This document shows, piece after piece, positions 8,252 through 18,203 of a DNA stretch of 64,000 nucleotides. A program made the position numbers and the translations under genes. Source of the DNA: Bdellovibrionota bacterium FG-1 (lineage in GTDB: Bacteria > Bdellovibrionota > UBA1018); contig JBBCAW010000023.1 of the NCBI GenBank assembly GCA_051382295.1, forward strand, positions 14,372 through 78,371, in the 5' to 3' direction. Below the pieces are notes generated by a model, which was given only the letters and a program-made list of their open reading frames with translations, was not told the origin of the DNA and searched no databases. Within the stretch, counting starts at the first letter, position 1; each line of letters begins with the position of its first letter.

Positions 8252-9238
8252 CTATCGAGCAGGAGAGGAAGAAGGCGCTTCGCCGCTAGGAGTCCACTGA
8301 ACGCTTGGATCAACGTCTTTTGGAGTCCTGGATTGACGTGATCTATGGCTCGACACGACCGAAAGCTTTTCGGAGGTGGACACACTGCTGGCTCCCTGTC
8401 CTGCTAGAGTGCTCTCCCAATAGCTTTTGCAACCATCGCTCGTCATGCGTCCCTGAACGTAGTCCTTCGGGCTCAAATAACGCTCTCGGTGGCCATAAAC
8501 TTCCTCAAAGGTATATTGATGTCCATCACTTCTCGGAGTGGTACCGATGCTAGCACAAATCTCGTTTCTACAAACCTGAAGCTGATGATCCTCATCATGA
8601 AGTGTAATGCTCTGATGGGCGACTGGGCTATCCTGCTTCCATAACTCAAACGTTTTGCATACATTACTATGCCTAGTGAGAAAGCCTTCGTCAAAATCTT
8701 CACCTCTTTGGCAAATGCGTCTACGGATTTCACCCGACCTCAGAACTTCATCTTTATATCCAACATAATCTTCTTCCAGATTAGCAAACGACTCCATTTC
8801 GGGCGTGAGACAAACAAGCGTACTCCTGCTCACATCGTCCTCATGCAATCGATGCCATTTACCGGTCGGCCCACAATCTTTCCACTCATGCTTTTTCCTG
8901 AATTTCAAAAAACGCTCAAGAAGCTCCGATTGGGAGATCGTACCGTGCTCGACAAACTTGATTCGTTCGAGATCAAACGGAGTAAAGCTCTTCTGATAAT
9001 CATTGAGGACAGCGACGACTTCACGGGCATGAACCTCGTCCTGAAATCTCTGATCCCATTGCTTAAAATTTGTCTGATATTCTTGGCTCGCCTTTTCTTG
9101 AATCAACTTGCAGATCTCCGGTGAGGGCCCATTCAAGACCTCCGGCATCCCTTGAGCCAAGCTCGTCCTGGCCCCTACGCCCATTTCTAAAACAATCAAA
9201 ATTCCAAACAACAAAAAAGCCTTTTGATTAGTACTCAT
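8252..9238 (-). CDS. hypothetical secreted protein
   Basis: 328 aa ORF with signal-peptide-like N-terminus, paired Cys and a Ser-rich tail. Confidence 0.7.
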   Translation of the reverse strand: MSTNQKAFLLFGILIVLEMGVGARTSLAQGMPEVLNGPSPEICKLIQEKASQEYQTNFKQWDQRFQDEVHAREVVAVLNDYQKSFTPFDLERIKFVEHGTISQSELLERFLKFRKKHEWKDCGPTGKWHRLHEDDVSRSTLVCLTPEMESFANLEEDYVGYKDEVLRSGEIRRRICQRGEDFDEGFLTRHSNVCKTFELWKQDSPVAHQSITLHDEDHQLQVCRNEICASIGTTPRSDGHQYTFEEVYGHRERYLSPKDYVQGRMTSDGCKSYWESTLAGQGASSVSTSEKLSVVSSHRSRQSRTPKDVDPSVQWTPSGEAPSSSPAR

Positions 9239-9286
9239 AAACTACCCACCCTTCTTTAAAAAATAAAACCGATACTGAGGAAGGTA

Positions 9287-9301
9287 GCAACTCTTGCGCC
9301 A
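9287..9301 (-). promoter_or_regulatory. sigma-54 (-24/-12) promoter
   Basis: Minus strand reads TGGCGCAAGAGTTGC (GG-N10-GC), about 50 bp upstream of the 9238 start. Confidence 0.65.
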
Positions 9302-9419
9302 TGCACTGGAATTGGATTTTTGTCTTTTAACCTCAGACGTTATGACTCTCTTTGTGTCCGGATAAACACAGATCAGTCCCTCCGCTTTACTTTACAGCTG
9401 TCGAAATCTCAGACAGGCA

Positions 9420-10193
9420 TCAACTGCCCGCGGCCGTAAATCCCTCGGGGCTGCTGTTCCGTTTTTGCAGAGCCTCAGTAATCTTCTGAGCCACGGCATT
9501 AGCCCAATCACGAGCAATGGGGACGCCAATGTTCACGCGCTTTCCCTGAACCACGGCAAATAGACCATCATAATGGATCCCATCCCCCCCCTGCTCGGGG
9601 TAATGAGTCCACTCTCGACTATCGATCAAAGCGCAATCTCGCTGAGCGGCGATGTCTTTAAACACGCCATAAAATCCCTCTTGTTTTTCGGCGGAAATAA
9701 ACCGCTCTGAGGGCGGTCCGATCCAAAAGCAGGAACTACCAGCCTCTTTAATCGCACCGAACATGCGGTCGAATTGTTTGCGAACCTCTTGCACCGAGGC
9801 GCGATAAAGATTAGCTCCCAACGCGACGATCACCGCTGTCGGGTGATTCTGAGCCAAGAGCGTTTTAAGAAGTGGCGTCGAGGCGGTCTGACTGATTCTT
9901 GCCGGTCCTTGAATAGGATGCTGATAGGCACCACAAGCCGTGCCCCGACCACTAAAATAGTTGATGGGCGACGCACCGCAAATTCCATAAGTAGCCACCT
10001 GAGCATCCGGGATTTGCCGAAGCGCGATGTCCAAAGTTTGACCAAACGTGCCAGCCGTATGGGAGTCCCCCACAACTAGCAAACTCGGGCCCGCCCCATC
10101 GTGAAGAGCCGTCTCGGCTTGCAAAGCCCCCGAAAAAAAAGCCAAAAAAATGACAGACAGCACCGAGAAAAACATCGTTTTTGAACTCGCCAT
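9420..10193 (-). CDS. secreted SGNH/GDSL hydrolase
   Basis: LVVGDSH, ALGAN, WIGPP, DGIHY motifs; signal peptide; GAGGAG RBS before ATG 10193. Confidence 0.85.
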   Translation of the reverse strand: MASSKTMFFSVLSVIFLAFFSGALQAETALHDGAGPSLLVVGDSHTAGTFGQTLDIALRQIPDAQVATYGICGASPINYFSGRGTACGAYQHPIQGPARISQTASTPLLKTLLAQNHPTAVIVALGANLYRASVQEVRKQFDRMFGAIKEAGSSCFWIGPPSERFISAEKQEGFYGVFKDIAAQRDCALIDSREWTHYPEQGGDGIHYDGLFAVVQGKRVNIGVPIARDWANAVAQKITEALQKRNSSPEGFTAAGS

Positions 10194-10256
10194 TGCGCCA
10201 AACTCCTCTTTCTCATTCCATTTTACATGATAATGGATTTGAATAGGAATCCCTCT

Positions 10257-11405
10257 ATGAACTTTGATGAAACTCCGATTCAAAAAGAACTTCGCGAACT
10301 TACTCGACGCTTTGCCCAAAAAGAGCTGGTCCCCATCGTCGAACAGGACGAGCACGAGGAGCGGTTTCGACCTGAACTCATTCAGGCCTTGGGCGAGTTG
10401 GGCCTCACCGGCATTCCCGTACCCGAGGAATTCGGGGGAGCAGGACTGGGTTATCAAGAATATGCAGTCGCCATCGAAGAGATCGCCAAGGCCAACACCG
10501 GCTACGCCATTAGCGTATCGGTGACGGGACTCCCTCAAGTCATCCTGAATCTTTTCGGCACCCCCGAACAGAAAAAGAAGTTCATCCCACCCCTCGCCAG
10601 CGGCCGTCATATCGGCGGGTTTAGCTTAAGCGAAGCCTCTTCCGGAAGTGATGCCGCAAGCTTACGTACCACTGCCACCCGCCAAGGAGATCACTATATC
10701 CTGAATGGCACCAAACTTTGGTGCACCCAGGGCGATATCGCCGAAACCATCATTGTCATGGCGCGCACCGGTGCGGCCGGCGTCTCCCCTTCCAAAGGAA
10801 TTTCGGCTTTTATTCTCGAAAAAGGAATGCCGGGTTTTAGCTACGGCAAACGTGAGAAAAAAATGGGGTGCCACGTTTCGCACACCATGGAACTCGTTTT
10901 GAACAACGTGCGCGTGCCCATTGAAAACAGGGTTGGAAAAGAAGGCGATGGTTTTAAGGTAGCCATGACCGCCCTGGATAGTGGGCGCATCACGATTGGC
11001 GCAGGTGCCGTGGGAATCGCGCAAGGTGCCTTGGATTGCGCGGTCACTTACTCCAAGCAACGCGAACAATTTGGCAAACCCATTGCGGAGTTCCAGGGAG
11101 TTTCGTTTATGCTCGCCGACATGGCCACGCAAATTGCAGCAGCGAGACTGATGGTTCATCGCGCAGCCTGGCTCAAAGATAATGGCCAACCCTTTTCGAT
11201 TGAGGCCGCAATGGCCAAGCTTTTTGCTACCGATATGGCCATGAAAGTCACTACCGACGCCGTCCAAATCTTGGGCGGTGCGGGCTACACGCAAGACTTT
11301 CCCGTGGAGCGGTACATGCGCGAAGCCAAAGTCATGCAGATTGTCGAAGGAACTAATCAAATTCAACGAGTCGTCATCGGAAGATCACTGACTCAAGCCA
11401 ACTAA
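10257..11405 (+). CDS. acyl-CoA dehydrogenase
   Basis: LSEASSGSD, NGTKLW, REQFGKPI, QILGGAGY, IVEGTNQIQR. Confidence 0.93.
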   Translation: MNFDETPIQKELRELTRRFAQKELVPIVEQDEHEERFRPELIQALGELGLTGIPVPEEFGGAGLGYQEYAVAIEEIAKANTGYAISVSVTGLPQVILNLFGTPEQKKKFIPPLASGRHIGGFSLSEASSGSDAASLRTTATRQGDHYILNGTKLWCTQGDIAETIIVMARTGAAGVSPSKGISAFILEKGMPGFSYGKREKKMGCHVSHTMELVLNNVRVPIENRVGKEGDGFKVAMTALDSGRITIGAGAVGIAQGALDCAVTYSKQREQFGKPIAEFQGVSFMLADMATQIAAARLMVHRAAWLKDNGQPFSIEAAMAKLFATDMAMKVTTDAVQILGGAGYTQDFPVERYMREAKVMQIVEGTNQIQRVVIGRSLTQAN

Positions 11406-11419
11406 GGAGACTCACTCTT

Positions 11420-12754
11420 ATGATCACAGCTGCTCGCTTAGGAAGTGCCCCGATCACCCTCGACTGGTCCAATCTTGCCAACATCCCCGCAGGAACCACG
11501 CCCACGGCTCGAACGTTTACGGCCTCAAAAGAAGCACAAAATGAGGCCTCGACCGAAGCCTGGAATAAGCTAAAATTGCGTTTTTTATCGAAAGAAATCG
11601 GCTTTTTTAACCTTCCGATCAATGGGGAACTTTCGCAGGTCCAAGAATCCCAAGCCCTCGCCAACGCGATTATTAAACGTGGCCAAATCACGGACTGCCT
11701 CGTTTTAGGAATTGGCGGAAGCGCTCTTGGCCCGATCTGTCTATTGCAAGCACTGCAAGACCGGTGCACTACGGGAATTCGATTCCATTTCATGGAAAAC
11801 CCCGACCCCACGGATTGGAATGCAACCATTCGGCGCCTCAATCCTGACACCACACTGGTTTGTCCTATTACTAAGTCGGGCACCACCTTTGAAACCATGG
11901 CCCAAATGCTTTTGGCCTTGGAATGGCTCGGAAAAGAACGCTGGAAATCGCACCTGGTCATCATTACGGATCCCGCCAAGGGGGATCTCAAAAAGTTTGC
12001 ACTGGAACACGACATTCCCACCCTTCATATTGCCCCCTCCATTGGCGGTCGGTTCAGTATTTTTACTCCCGTGGGGCTTTTCCCTGCCGCTTTGGGCGGT
12101 CTCAATGTCGAAGACTTTATGAATGGCGCCAAACAAGTTCGAGATTATGTTGAAAAAGCGCCAGTCGAAAAAAATCCGTTATTCACATTAGGAAGCGAGC
12201 TTATTCGGCATGCCGCACAGCGTCCTATTCACGTTTGTATGCCCTACTCCACTCGGCTCCGATCGGTGGGAAGCTGGTTTGTGCAAATCTGGGGCGAAAG
12301 CCTAGGCAAGGATGGAAAGGGCTTCACGCCGTTGGCTGCGGTGGGTGCGACCGATCAACATAGCATTCTTCAATTATTGAGAGACGGTCCAGATGATAAA
12401 ATCACTCTTTTCGTCACTTTGGACCGAGTCGATAACGAGGTCACCATCCCAAAACTCGGGAGCCTCCTCGGCAAAACCCCGCTGCCCGCCTTTAAACTCC
12501 TAGAAGGGCATACCTTGCACGGACTCCTTCAGGTGGAATATCGGGCAATTTCGCGAGTTCTGACCAAACAGAGCCGCCCCAATGCGACCTGGCAGATGGA
12601 TCGGCTGGATGAAAGATCCATGGGTGCCCTCCTGTTTGCCTTTTCGGTCTTGACCGCTTTTACGGGGACCCTTTGGGGAGTTGATCCATTCGATCAACCC
12701 GGCGTTGAAGAAGGAAAAATCTATATTCGTGACGCATTAAGTCATGAGAACTGA
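11420..12754 (+). CDS. pgi: glucose-6-phosphate isomerase
   Basis: GIGGSALG, TKSGTTFET, IGGRFS, QIWGESLGK, DQHS, DPFDQPGVEEGK. Confidence 0.95.
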   Translation: MITAARLGSAPITLDWSNLANIPAGTTPTARTFTASKEAQNEASTEAWNKLKLRFLSKEIGFFNLPINGELSQVQESQALANAIIKRGQITDCLVLGIGGSALGPICLLQALQDRCTTGIRFHFMENPDPTDWNATIRRLNPDTTLVCPITKSGTTFETMAQMLLALEWLGKERWKSHLVIITDPAKGDLKKFALEHDIPTLHIAPSIGGRFSIFTPVGLFPAALGGLNVEDFMNGAKQVRDYVEKAPVEKNPLFTLGSELIRHAAQRPIHVCMPYSTRLRSVGSWFVQIWGESLGKDGKGFTPLAAVGATDQHSILQLLRDGPDDKITLFVTLDRVDNEVTIPKLGSLLGKTPLPAFKLLEGHTLHGLLQVEYRAISRVLTKQSRPNATWQMDRLDERSMGALLFAFSVLTAFTGTLWGVDPFDQPGVEEGKIYIRDALSHEN

Positions 12755-12804
12755 CTTCATTCAGCCGTTGACGCTCGGAAGAGCTAGCGGTCATAATTAA
12801 GCCT

Positions 12805-13767
12805 ATGGTTTGTCCTCCCGATTCATCCGATTCTTCAAATTCCTCCAATGATGGCGACGGTAGCGAAAAAACTGCCGTACTTCAAGGCGATCAAGAAACG
12901 CTACGCAAGGAGTTGGATAAGGCCAAAGAACAGGAAGCTTGCCTCATCATCATTCGGGGAAGCCCGCAGGGGCATCGCTTTTTTGTCACTCAAGACGAGA
13001 TGATCATCGGTCGCGACCCCTCGGCTGACATCAGTGTTGCGGACCCCAGTATTTCACGTAAACACGCCAAACTGACTCGCGAACCAGGACGAAAAGTGCG
13101 CCTCACCGACCTGGGATCTTCCAATGGAACGTTCGTGAATGACAAAAAAGTCAATGCGAACGAATCCGTCGTGCTGGCCAAAGAAGACATGGTCAAACTC
13201 GGAAACTCGATTCTCAAATTTTTGCCGGCCGGCGAACTCGAAATTCTTTTTTACGGCAATTTGGGTTCGGCTGCTCACACCGATGGCCTCACCCGCATCT
13301 ACAATAAAGGCTACCTTCTTGAGGCGCTTGAGGCTGAGTTTAAACGCGCGAAAGCCTTGCATACAGATTTTTCTATTGTTTTCTTTGACTTAGACCATTT
13401 TAAAAACGTCAATGACACCTACGGCCACGATGCGGGAGATTACGTCCTCAAGGAATTTGCCTCCCTGATTCGCACTTGCCACTTGAGACCCAAAGACATT
13501 TTCGCACGGTATGGCGGCGAAGAATTTTGCGTTTTACTGTCCAGTACGGGCGCCAAAGCCGGCTTAGAGCTCGCCGAAAAAATGCGGGCGGCCGTCGAAG
13601 CCCATGCTTTTATTTACGAAGGCAAACGACTGTCGATTACCACGAGTATGGGGGTCGCCGAACTTAGCTCAGGCGTGGAATCCGCACAAACCTTACTTAA
13701 AGCAGCCGATAAAGCCCTTTACGCAGCCAAACAGGGTGGCCGAAACCGCGTCATGGCCGCAAGTTAG
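12805..13767 (+). CDS. FHA-GGDEF diguanylate cyclase (DgcB-like)
   Basis: FHA motifs IGR, SRKH and SNGT; RxxD I-site (RPKD) and intact RYGGEEF. Confidence 0.92.
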   Translation: MVCPPDSSDSSNSSNDGDGSEKTAVLQGDQETLRKELDKAKEQEACLIIIRGSPQGHRFFVTQDEMIIGRDPSADISVADPSISRKHAKLTREPGRKVRLTDLGSSNGTFVNDKKVNANESVVLAKEDMVKLGNSILKFLPAGELEILFYGNLGSAAHTDGLTRIYNKGYLLEALEAEFKRAKALHTDFSIVFFDLDHFKNVNDTYGHDAGDYVLKEFASLIRTCHLRPKDIFARYGGEEFCVLLSSTGAKAGLELAEKMRAAVEAHAFIYEGKRLSITTSMGVAELSSGVESAQTLLKAADKALYAAKQGGRNRVMAAS

Positions 13768-13801
13768 TCGTTGCGCCTGATCAACAAACCTTGATAACGG
13801 A

Positions 13802-15700
13802 ATGTTGATTATGATTTCGCCTGCTCGACAGCCCCGACCCGTCCGAATTTTAAGTGCCAACGTCGCCGAGCGCATTGCTGCGGGCGAAGTGATCGAACGC
13901 CCCGCGAGTGTGGTCAAGGAGATGGTTGAAAACTCCATTGATGCCGGTGCCACTGAAGTCTGTGTGGCACTCGAAGACGGTGGCAAATCCCTCATCGAAA
14001 TCACGGATAACGGCTTTGGCATGAGTCCTGAGGATCTCGCCCTTTGCGTGGTTCGCCACGCCACAAGCAAACTTTCCACAATGGATGACCTGGAAAAGAT
14101 CCACACCCTGGGCTTTCGAGGCGAGGCGCTCCCCAGCGTTGCCGCCGTTTCGGAACTCAGCATTCTTTCGCGCGCATTAGGTGCTAGCGCCGGCGCTGCC
14201 GCCTATGAACTCAAACTTCCGGCGGTCAACGATCAAGAGCGATTTGAGGACCGACGTTTCGACCCCAACGCCGTCACGTTTGGGCATTTTCTAAACTCGC
14301 CGCATGGCACTCGCATTCAAGCGCGAGGACTTTTTGCCCATATTCCCGCCCGACTCAAATTTTTGAAAGCCCAAGGAGCCGAGGTCGCCCAAGCCAGAGA
14401 GTGGATCGAACGGATCGCGCTGGCTCATCCGCACGTGGGCTTTCGCCTTCTTTCCGATCGTCGTCAAATTCTCAATCTCCGACCTCAAGACGAAAAAACC
14501 CGCGTTCGCGCGATCTTGGGTGATGGCGAGGATTACCCCATCCTGAGCGCCACCAATGATCTTGGCATTCCGAATAGTCATGGCGACGGCCAAGGTCTCC
14601 ATGTCCGAATTCATTGGCTGCAAGGCCTCAGCTCTCCCCAGATGCGCCGTATGGTTCAAGTAGTCAACGGCCGCGCCGTGCGCGATCGGATGCTTCAACA
14701 GGCCCTCATGGCACCCTTTCGGCAAGCGCTGCTTCCTGGCCAATTTCCCGCAGTCGCGCTCTATGTCGATATCAATCCCGCATGGTTGGATGTCAACGTA
14801 CATCCCACGAAAACCGAAATTCGCTTTCTCGAAAGCCGTAAAATATTTCATGCGGTGGACGAAACCATTCAGGCCCTCATCGCGCGCGAGGGTGCGCCGG
14901 CTTTTGCGTCAGGTCCAAGCAATCCTACGGTGCCTAGTACTCCATTTGCTTGGACGCGACCGACCGTTTCATCTTCAACCGATTGGAAAGCGGCCGAGTC
15001 TTACACCTCCCCCACCCCGGACTTCGCGACCACCATCCTCGAGCAAGCGCCCTTACCCATCGAGACTCACGCCGTCGAGCAATCCGCAAACCCTCTTCGT
15101 TATGGAAGGCTCGCGGGCACGCTCTTTAATACTTATCTTTTTTACGAAATCGGCAATGAATTGGCCATCGTGGACCAACATGCCGCGCACGAGCGAATTC
15201 GCTACGAACAACTCAAAGCCCGTGTTTTAAATCCGCCTGCAGGCGTACAAACGGCTTGTCAGGCTCTTTTGATTCCAGAAGCCGTGCACTTCGATACGGA
15301 GGGACGCTCGACGCTTGAGGCCCGCCTAGGCTGGCTGGATCAACTCGGTTTTGAAGCTGAAATTTTCGGAGAAAATACGGTCCTTTTTAGGGGAATTCCC
15401 GGAGAATGGGGAACCAGCGAGTTACGGCCTCGCCTCAAGAATCTGGTCGACCGAATTTTGTCGTATGATGGCCCTTCGACGGGGACGCTTCAAATGGATG
15501 AAAGCCTCTTTGAATCGCTGGCGAGCGAAGCCTGCCATTCTGCGATTCGGGCGGGGGATCGTCTTGAAATCGCCGAAGCTTCGGCGCTGGTGCATCAACT
15601 TTTTCAATGCGAACATCCGTGGAATTGTCCTCATGGTCGCCCCACGGTGGTCAAAGTGCCACGCGCACGTTTTGAAGAATGGTTTCTTAGAAGGGTGTAA
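13802..15700 (+). CDS. mutL: DNA mismatch repair endonuclease MutL
   Basis: IAAGEVIERP, GFRGEAL, DVNVHPTK, DQHAAHER, CPHGRP. Confidence 0.97.
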   Translation: MLIMISPARQPRPVRILSANVAERIAAGEVIERPASVVKEMVENSIDAGATEVCVALEDGGKSLIEITDNGFGMSPEDLALCVVRHATSKLSTMDDLEKIHTLGFRGEALPSVAAVSELSILSRALGASAGAAAYELKLPAVNDQERFEDRRFDPNAVTFGHFLNSPHGTRIQARGLFAHIPARLKFLKAQGAEVAQAREWIERIALAHPHVGFRLLSDRRQILNLRPQDEKTRVRAILGDGEDYPILSATNDLGIPNSHGDGQGLHVRIHWLQGLSSPQMRRMVQVVNGRAVRDRMLQQALMAPFRQALLPGQFPAVALYVDINPAWLDVNVHPTKTEIRFLESRKIFHAVDETIQALIAREGAPAFASGPSNPTVPSTPFAWTRPTVSSSTDWKAAESYTSPTPDFATTILEQAPLPIETHAVEQSANPLRYGRLAGTLFNTYLFYEIGNELAIVDQHAAHERIRYEQLKARVLNPPAGVQTACQALLIPEAVHFDTEGRSTLEARLGWLDQLGFEAEIFGENTVLFRGIPGEWGTSELRPRLKNLVDRILSYDGPSTGTLQMDESLFESLASEACHSAIRAGDRLEIAEASALVHQLFQCEHPWNCPHGRPTVVKVPRARFEEWFLRRV

Positions 15701-15724
15701 AAAGCATCAAGAAGGGTCTGAAAA

Positions 15725-16645
15725 GTGCTTGAATTTGGGCCAAAAATCACCGTCCTCACAGGACCCACGGCTGCAGGCAAGACGGCACTTGCGCTGGAAG
15801 CGGCCCGCGCCCAACCGGGAGTTTTTGAAATCATCAATGCCGATAGCCTCATCGTCTACCGAGGTCTGGACATCGGTACGGCCAAACCTTCGCGCGCGGA
15901 GCTTGCCCAAATCCCCCACCACCTGATCGACATCCGCGAACCTCATGAGCCCTTTACGGCGGGCGACTTTGTGCGTGCGGTAAACGCCACGCTGGCCGAC
16001 ATTCAGGCCCGGGGAAAACGTGCGCTCATTGTCGGAGGGACGGGGTTTTATCTGAAAGCGCTTTTTTACGGCCTTTGGGAAGGCGCCGGCACGGACTTAA
16101 ATTTACGTGGAAAACTCGAAGTTTTGTCGAATTCAGAACTTTTTTCAAAGGTGGCGCAGGTGGATCCATTGTCCGCCCAGCGCATTGGCCTCGCTGATCG
16201 CTATCGCCTCGTGCGCGCCCTCGAAGTGATCGAGCTTTCGGGCAAAACACCTTCCGCACTCGAAAAAGAGCGCCCCATCGAACCCGACCCTCGCTTCGAG
16301 CTCTGGATTGTGGATCGCCCCCTCGCGCAGCTCGAAGCTCGCATTCGCCTGCGTGCCGACCAAATGATCAAGCAAGGCTTAATTGAGGAGGTGACTCGCC
16401 TGCGCACTCATTATGAGTCATTAGGGCTGCCGCTGCCTCGTGCGCTCAGTGCGGTTGGTTACAAAGAAGTCTGTGCTTATCTTGATGGAATCACCCCCGC
16501 CGGTCGAAAAATCGAGCACGGCATTCCAGGCTTGGTGAGCGAAATCAGCTTAGCCACTCGTCAGCTCGTCAAGCGGCAACGGACATGGTTTAAAAATCTG
16601 CACGCTCGTTTGGAGAAGGTGTCGCACTGGGTGGATTTGGGGTAG
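15725..16645 (+). CDS. miaA: tRNA dimethylallyltransferase
   Basis: GPTAAGKT, DIGTAKP, VGGTGFY, KRQRTWF; directly follows mutL. Confidence 0.95.
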   Translation: MLEFGPKITVLTGPTAAGKTALALEAARAQPGVFEIINADSLIVYRGLDIGTAKPSRAELAQIPHHLIDIREPHEPFTAGDFVRAVNATLADIQARGKRALIVGGTGFYLKALFYGLWEGAGTDLNLRGKLEVLSNSELFSKVAQVDPLSAQRIGLADRYRLVRALEVIELSGKTPSALEKERPIEPDPRFELWIVDRPLAQLEARIRLRADQMIKQGLIEEVTRLRTHYESLGLPLPRALSAVGYKEVCAYLDGITPAGRKIEHGIPGLVSEISLATRQLVKRQRTWFKNLHARLEKVSHWVDLG

Positions 16646-16693
16646 ATTGTTAAGGTGATCAAGCTCTCCATTCAAGCAACCGAAAAGGTATTT

Positions 16694-17140
16694 ATGAAAT
16701 GCTGTATCTTTTTTTCAATGGTGTTGTTGTTAGGCTCAGCAGGCTGTCATTCAGGCGAAATCCCCACAAGTCAAGCTGCCCCCGGCTTCCGTTACGAGGA
16801 GCTCAGCCAAACCGTACCACCTGAATTTTCAGATTCTGCCAAATGGAATCAAACTTCGATTTGCCCCGAAGGAAGCATCCTCTCACCTCTCACTCGTTAC
16901 AGCTACGGCCCGAGCGAGAAAACCTACGGCTTCAAACATTACTACGGACGATCCTGCCAGCTCGTCAGTCAACACACGCTAGAAAGTTCAAAAGGGAACT
17001 CTTCCCAACTCCTCCCGAATGGTCCCTTTATCTGGTGGTACGAAAACGGCAGTCGCATGAGCACCGGCACCTTTGATCATGGCGCGCTAGCCACCGACTG
17101 GTCCCGCTGGACGCCCGACGGATCGCTGGCGTCGAAGTAA
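16694..17140 (+). CDS. hypothetical lipoprotein with C-terminal MORN/YwqK-like motif
   Basis: Lipobox SAGC; C-terminal GPFIWWYENG...G..F..G...W..W..DG. Confidence 0.6.
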   Translation: MKCCIFFSMVLLLGSAGCHSGEIPTSQAAPGFRYEELSQTVPPEFSDSAKWNQTSICPEGSILSPLTRYSYGPSEKTYGFKHYYGRSCQLVSQHTLESSKGNSSQLLPNGPFIWWYENGSRMSTGTFDHGALATDWSRWTPDGSLASK

Positions 17141-17199
17141 TTCCACCATCGGATCCAGCACTGGACTGTAGGACCTCCTCCAGGGTAAAATCCTGATCT

Positions 17200-18180
17200 A
17201 TGCCCAAACCTGATCAAAAAGATTCTGGCCACCGACTCATCCTCGTTTCAGATGGTACGGGCGAAACCGCCGTGCAAATGACTAAGGCCGCCTTAGTGCA
17301 ATTCTCTGAAGCCGAGCATGCGTATTTTGCCCGCTACAAAAACGTACGCAACGAGGCCCAAATCGAGGCGATCTGCGAGGACGCGAGCGTCAATCGCGAT
17401 CTCATGATCTACACGATTGTGTCGCCTCAGCTTCGCGCCTTTTTACAAACCAAGGCGCGCGAAAAAAAAATTCCCTGCGTAGATCTTCTCGGACCTCTGC
17501 TGGTGGGCCTTGGAAGTTATTTTGGGTACGCACCCAGGGCTGTGGCCGGCCTACTGCACAACGTCAACGAAGATTATTTCAAACGCATTGAAGCCATGGA
17601 ATACACGATCCAACACGATGATGGTCGTGACCTGACTGGCCTTGAAAAGGCGGATTTGGTGATTTTGGGAATCTCTCGCACCTCCAAGACGCCGCTTTCC
17701 ATGTACCTCTCCCACCAAGGCTGGAAAGTTGCCAACATCCCTCTCATCTTGGGATTTGAGCCCCCGAAAGGGCTGCTCGCCATTGACCAAAAAAGGGTCA
17801 TTGGGCTCACTATTGACCCTGAAAAACTAGCCGAAATCAGGCGAAATCGTTTAGAGCGCCTGGGCCAAGACCACGGTGGTGACTATGCCGACCAGGAGAT
17901 GGTGACGCAAGAGATCGAATATGCTGATGATTTCTTCAAACGTAATCGCCGCTGGCCAGTGTTTAATGTAACTGGAAAAGCACTTGAAGAGACCGCATCA
18001 GAAATCATTAAACTGATGGCCTCCCGACGTCTAGCCCCTCTTCATACTCATGAGGCGCGGCACCATGAGCCGCGGCCAGTATTAATGCGTAGCGCCGAGC
18101 TTGCACCGAAAATTCTCAAGGAAACGTCAAAACTCATTTTCCCCCCCTCTTCCGCATCAAAAAAATCGACACCCAAGTAA
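17200..18180 (+). CDS. PEP synthase/PPDK regulatory kinase-pyrophosphorylase (DUF299)
   Basis: SDGTGETA, YFKRIEAMEY...HDDG, GISRTSKTPLSMYL. Confidence 0.93.
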   Translation: MPKPDQKDSGHRLILVSDGTGETAVQMTKAALVQFSEAEHAYFARYKNVRNEAQIEAICEDASVNRDLMIYTIVSPQLRAFLQTKAREKKIPCVDLLGPLLVGLGSYFGYAPRAVAGLLHNVNEDYFKRIEAMEYTIQHDDGRDLTGLEKADLVILGISRTSKTPLSMYLSHQGWKVANIPLILGFEPPKGLLAIDQKRVIGLTIDPEKLAEIRRNRLERLGQDHGGDYADQEMVTQEIEYADDFFKRNRRWPVFNVTGKALEETASEIIKLMASRRLAPLHTHEARHHEPRPVLMRSAELAPKILKETSKLIFPPSSASKKSTPK

Positions 18181-18203
18181 TTTAGGGGTACTAAGTTTTT
18201 TAT

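Noticed and set aside
10194..10610. N-terminal extension of the SGNH hydrolase ORF
   Set aside because: It overlaps the acyl-CoA dehydrogenase on the other strand; the signal peptide and RBS point to ATG 10193.
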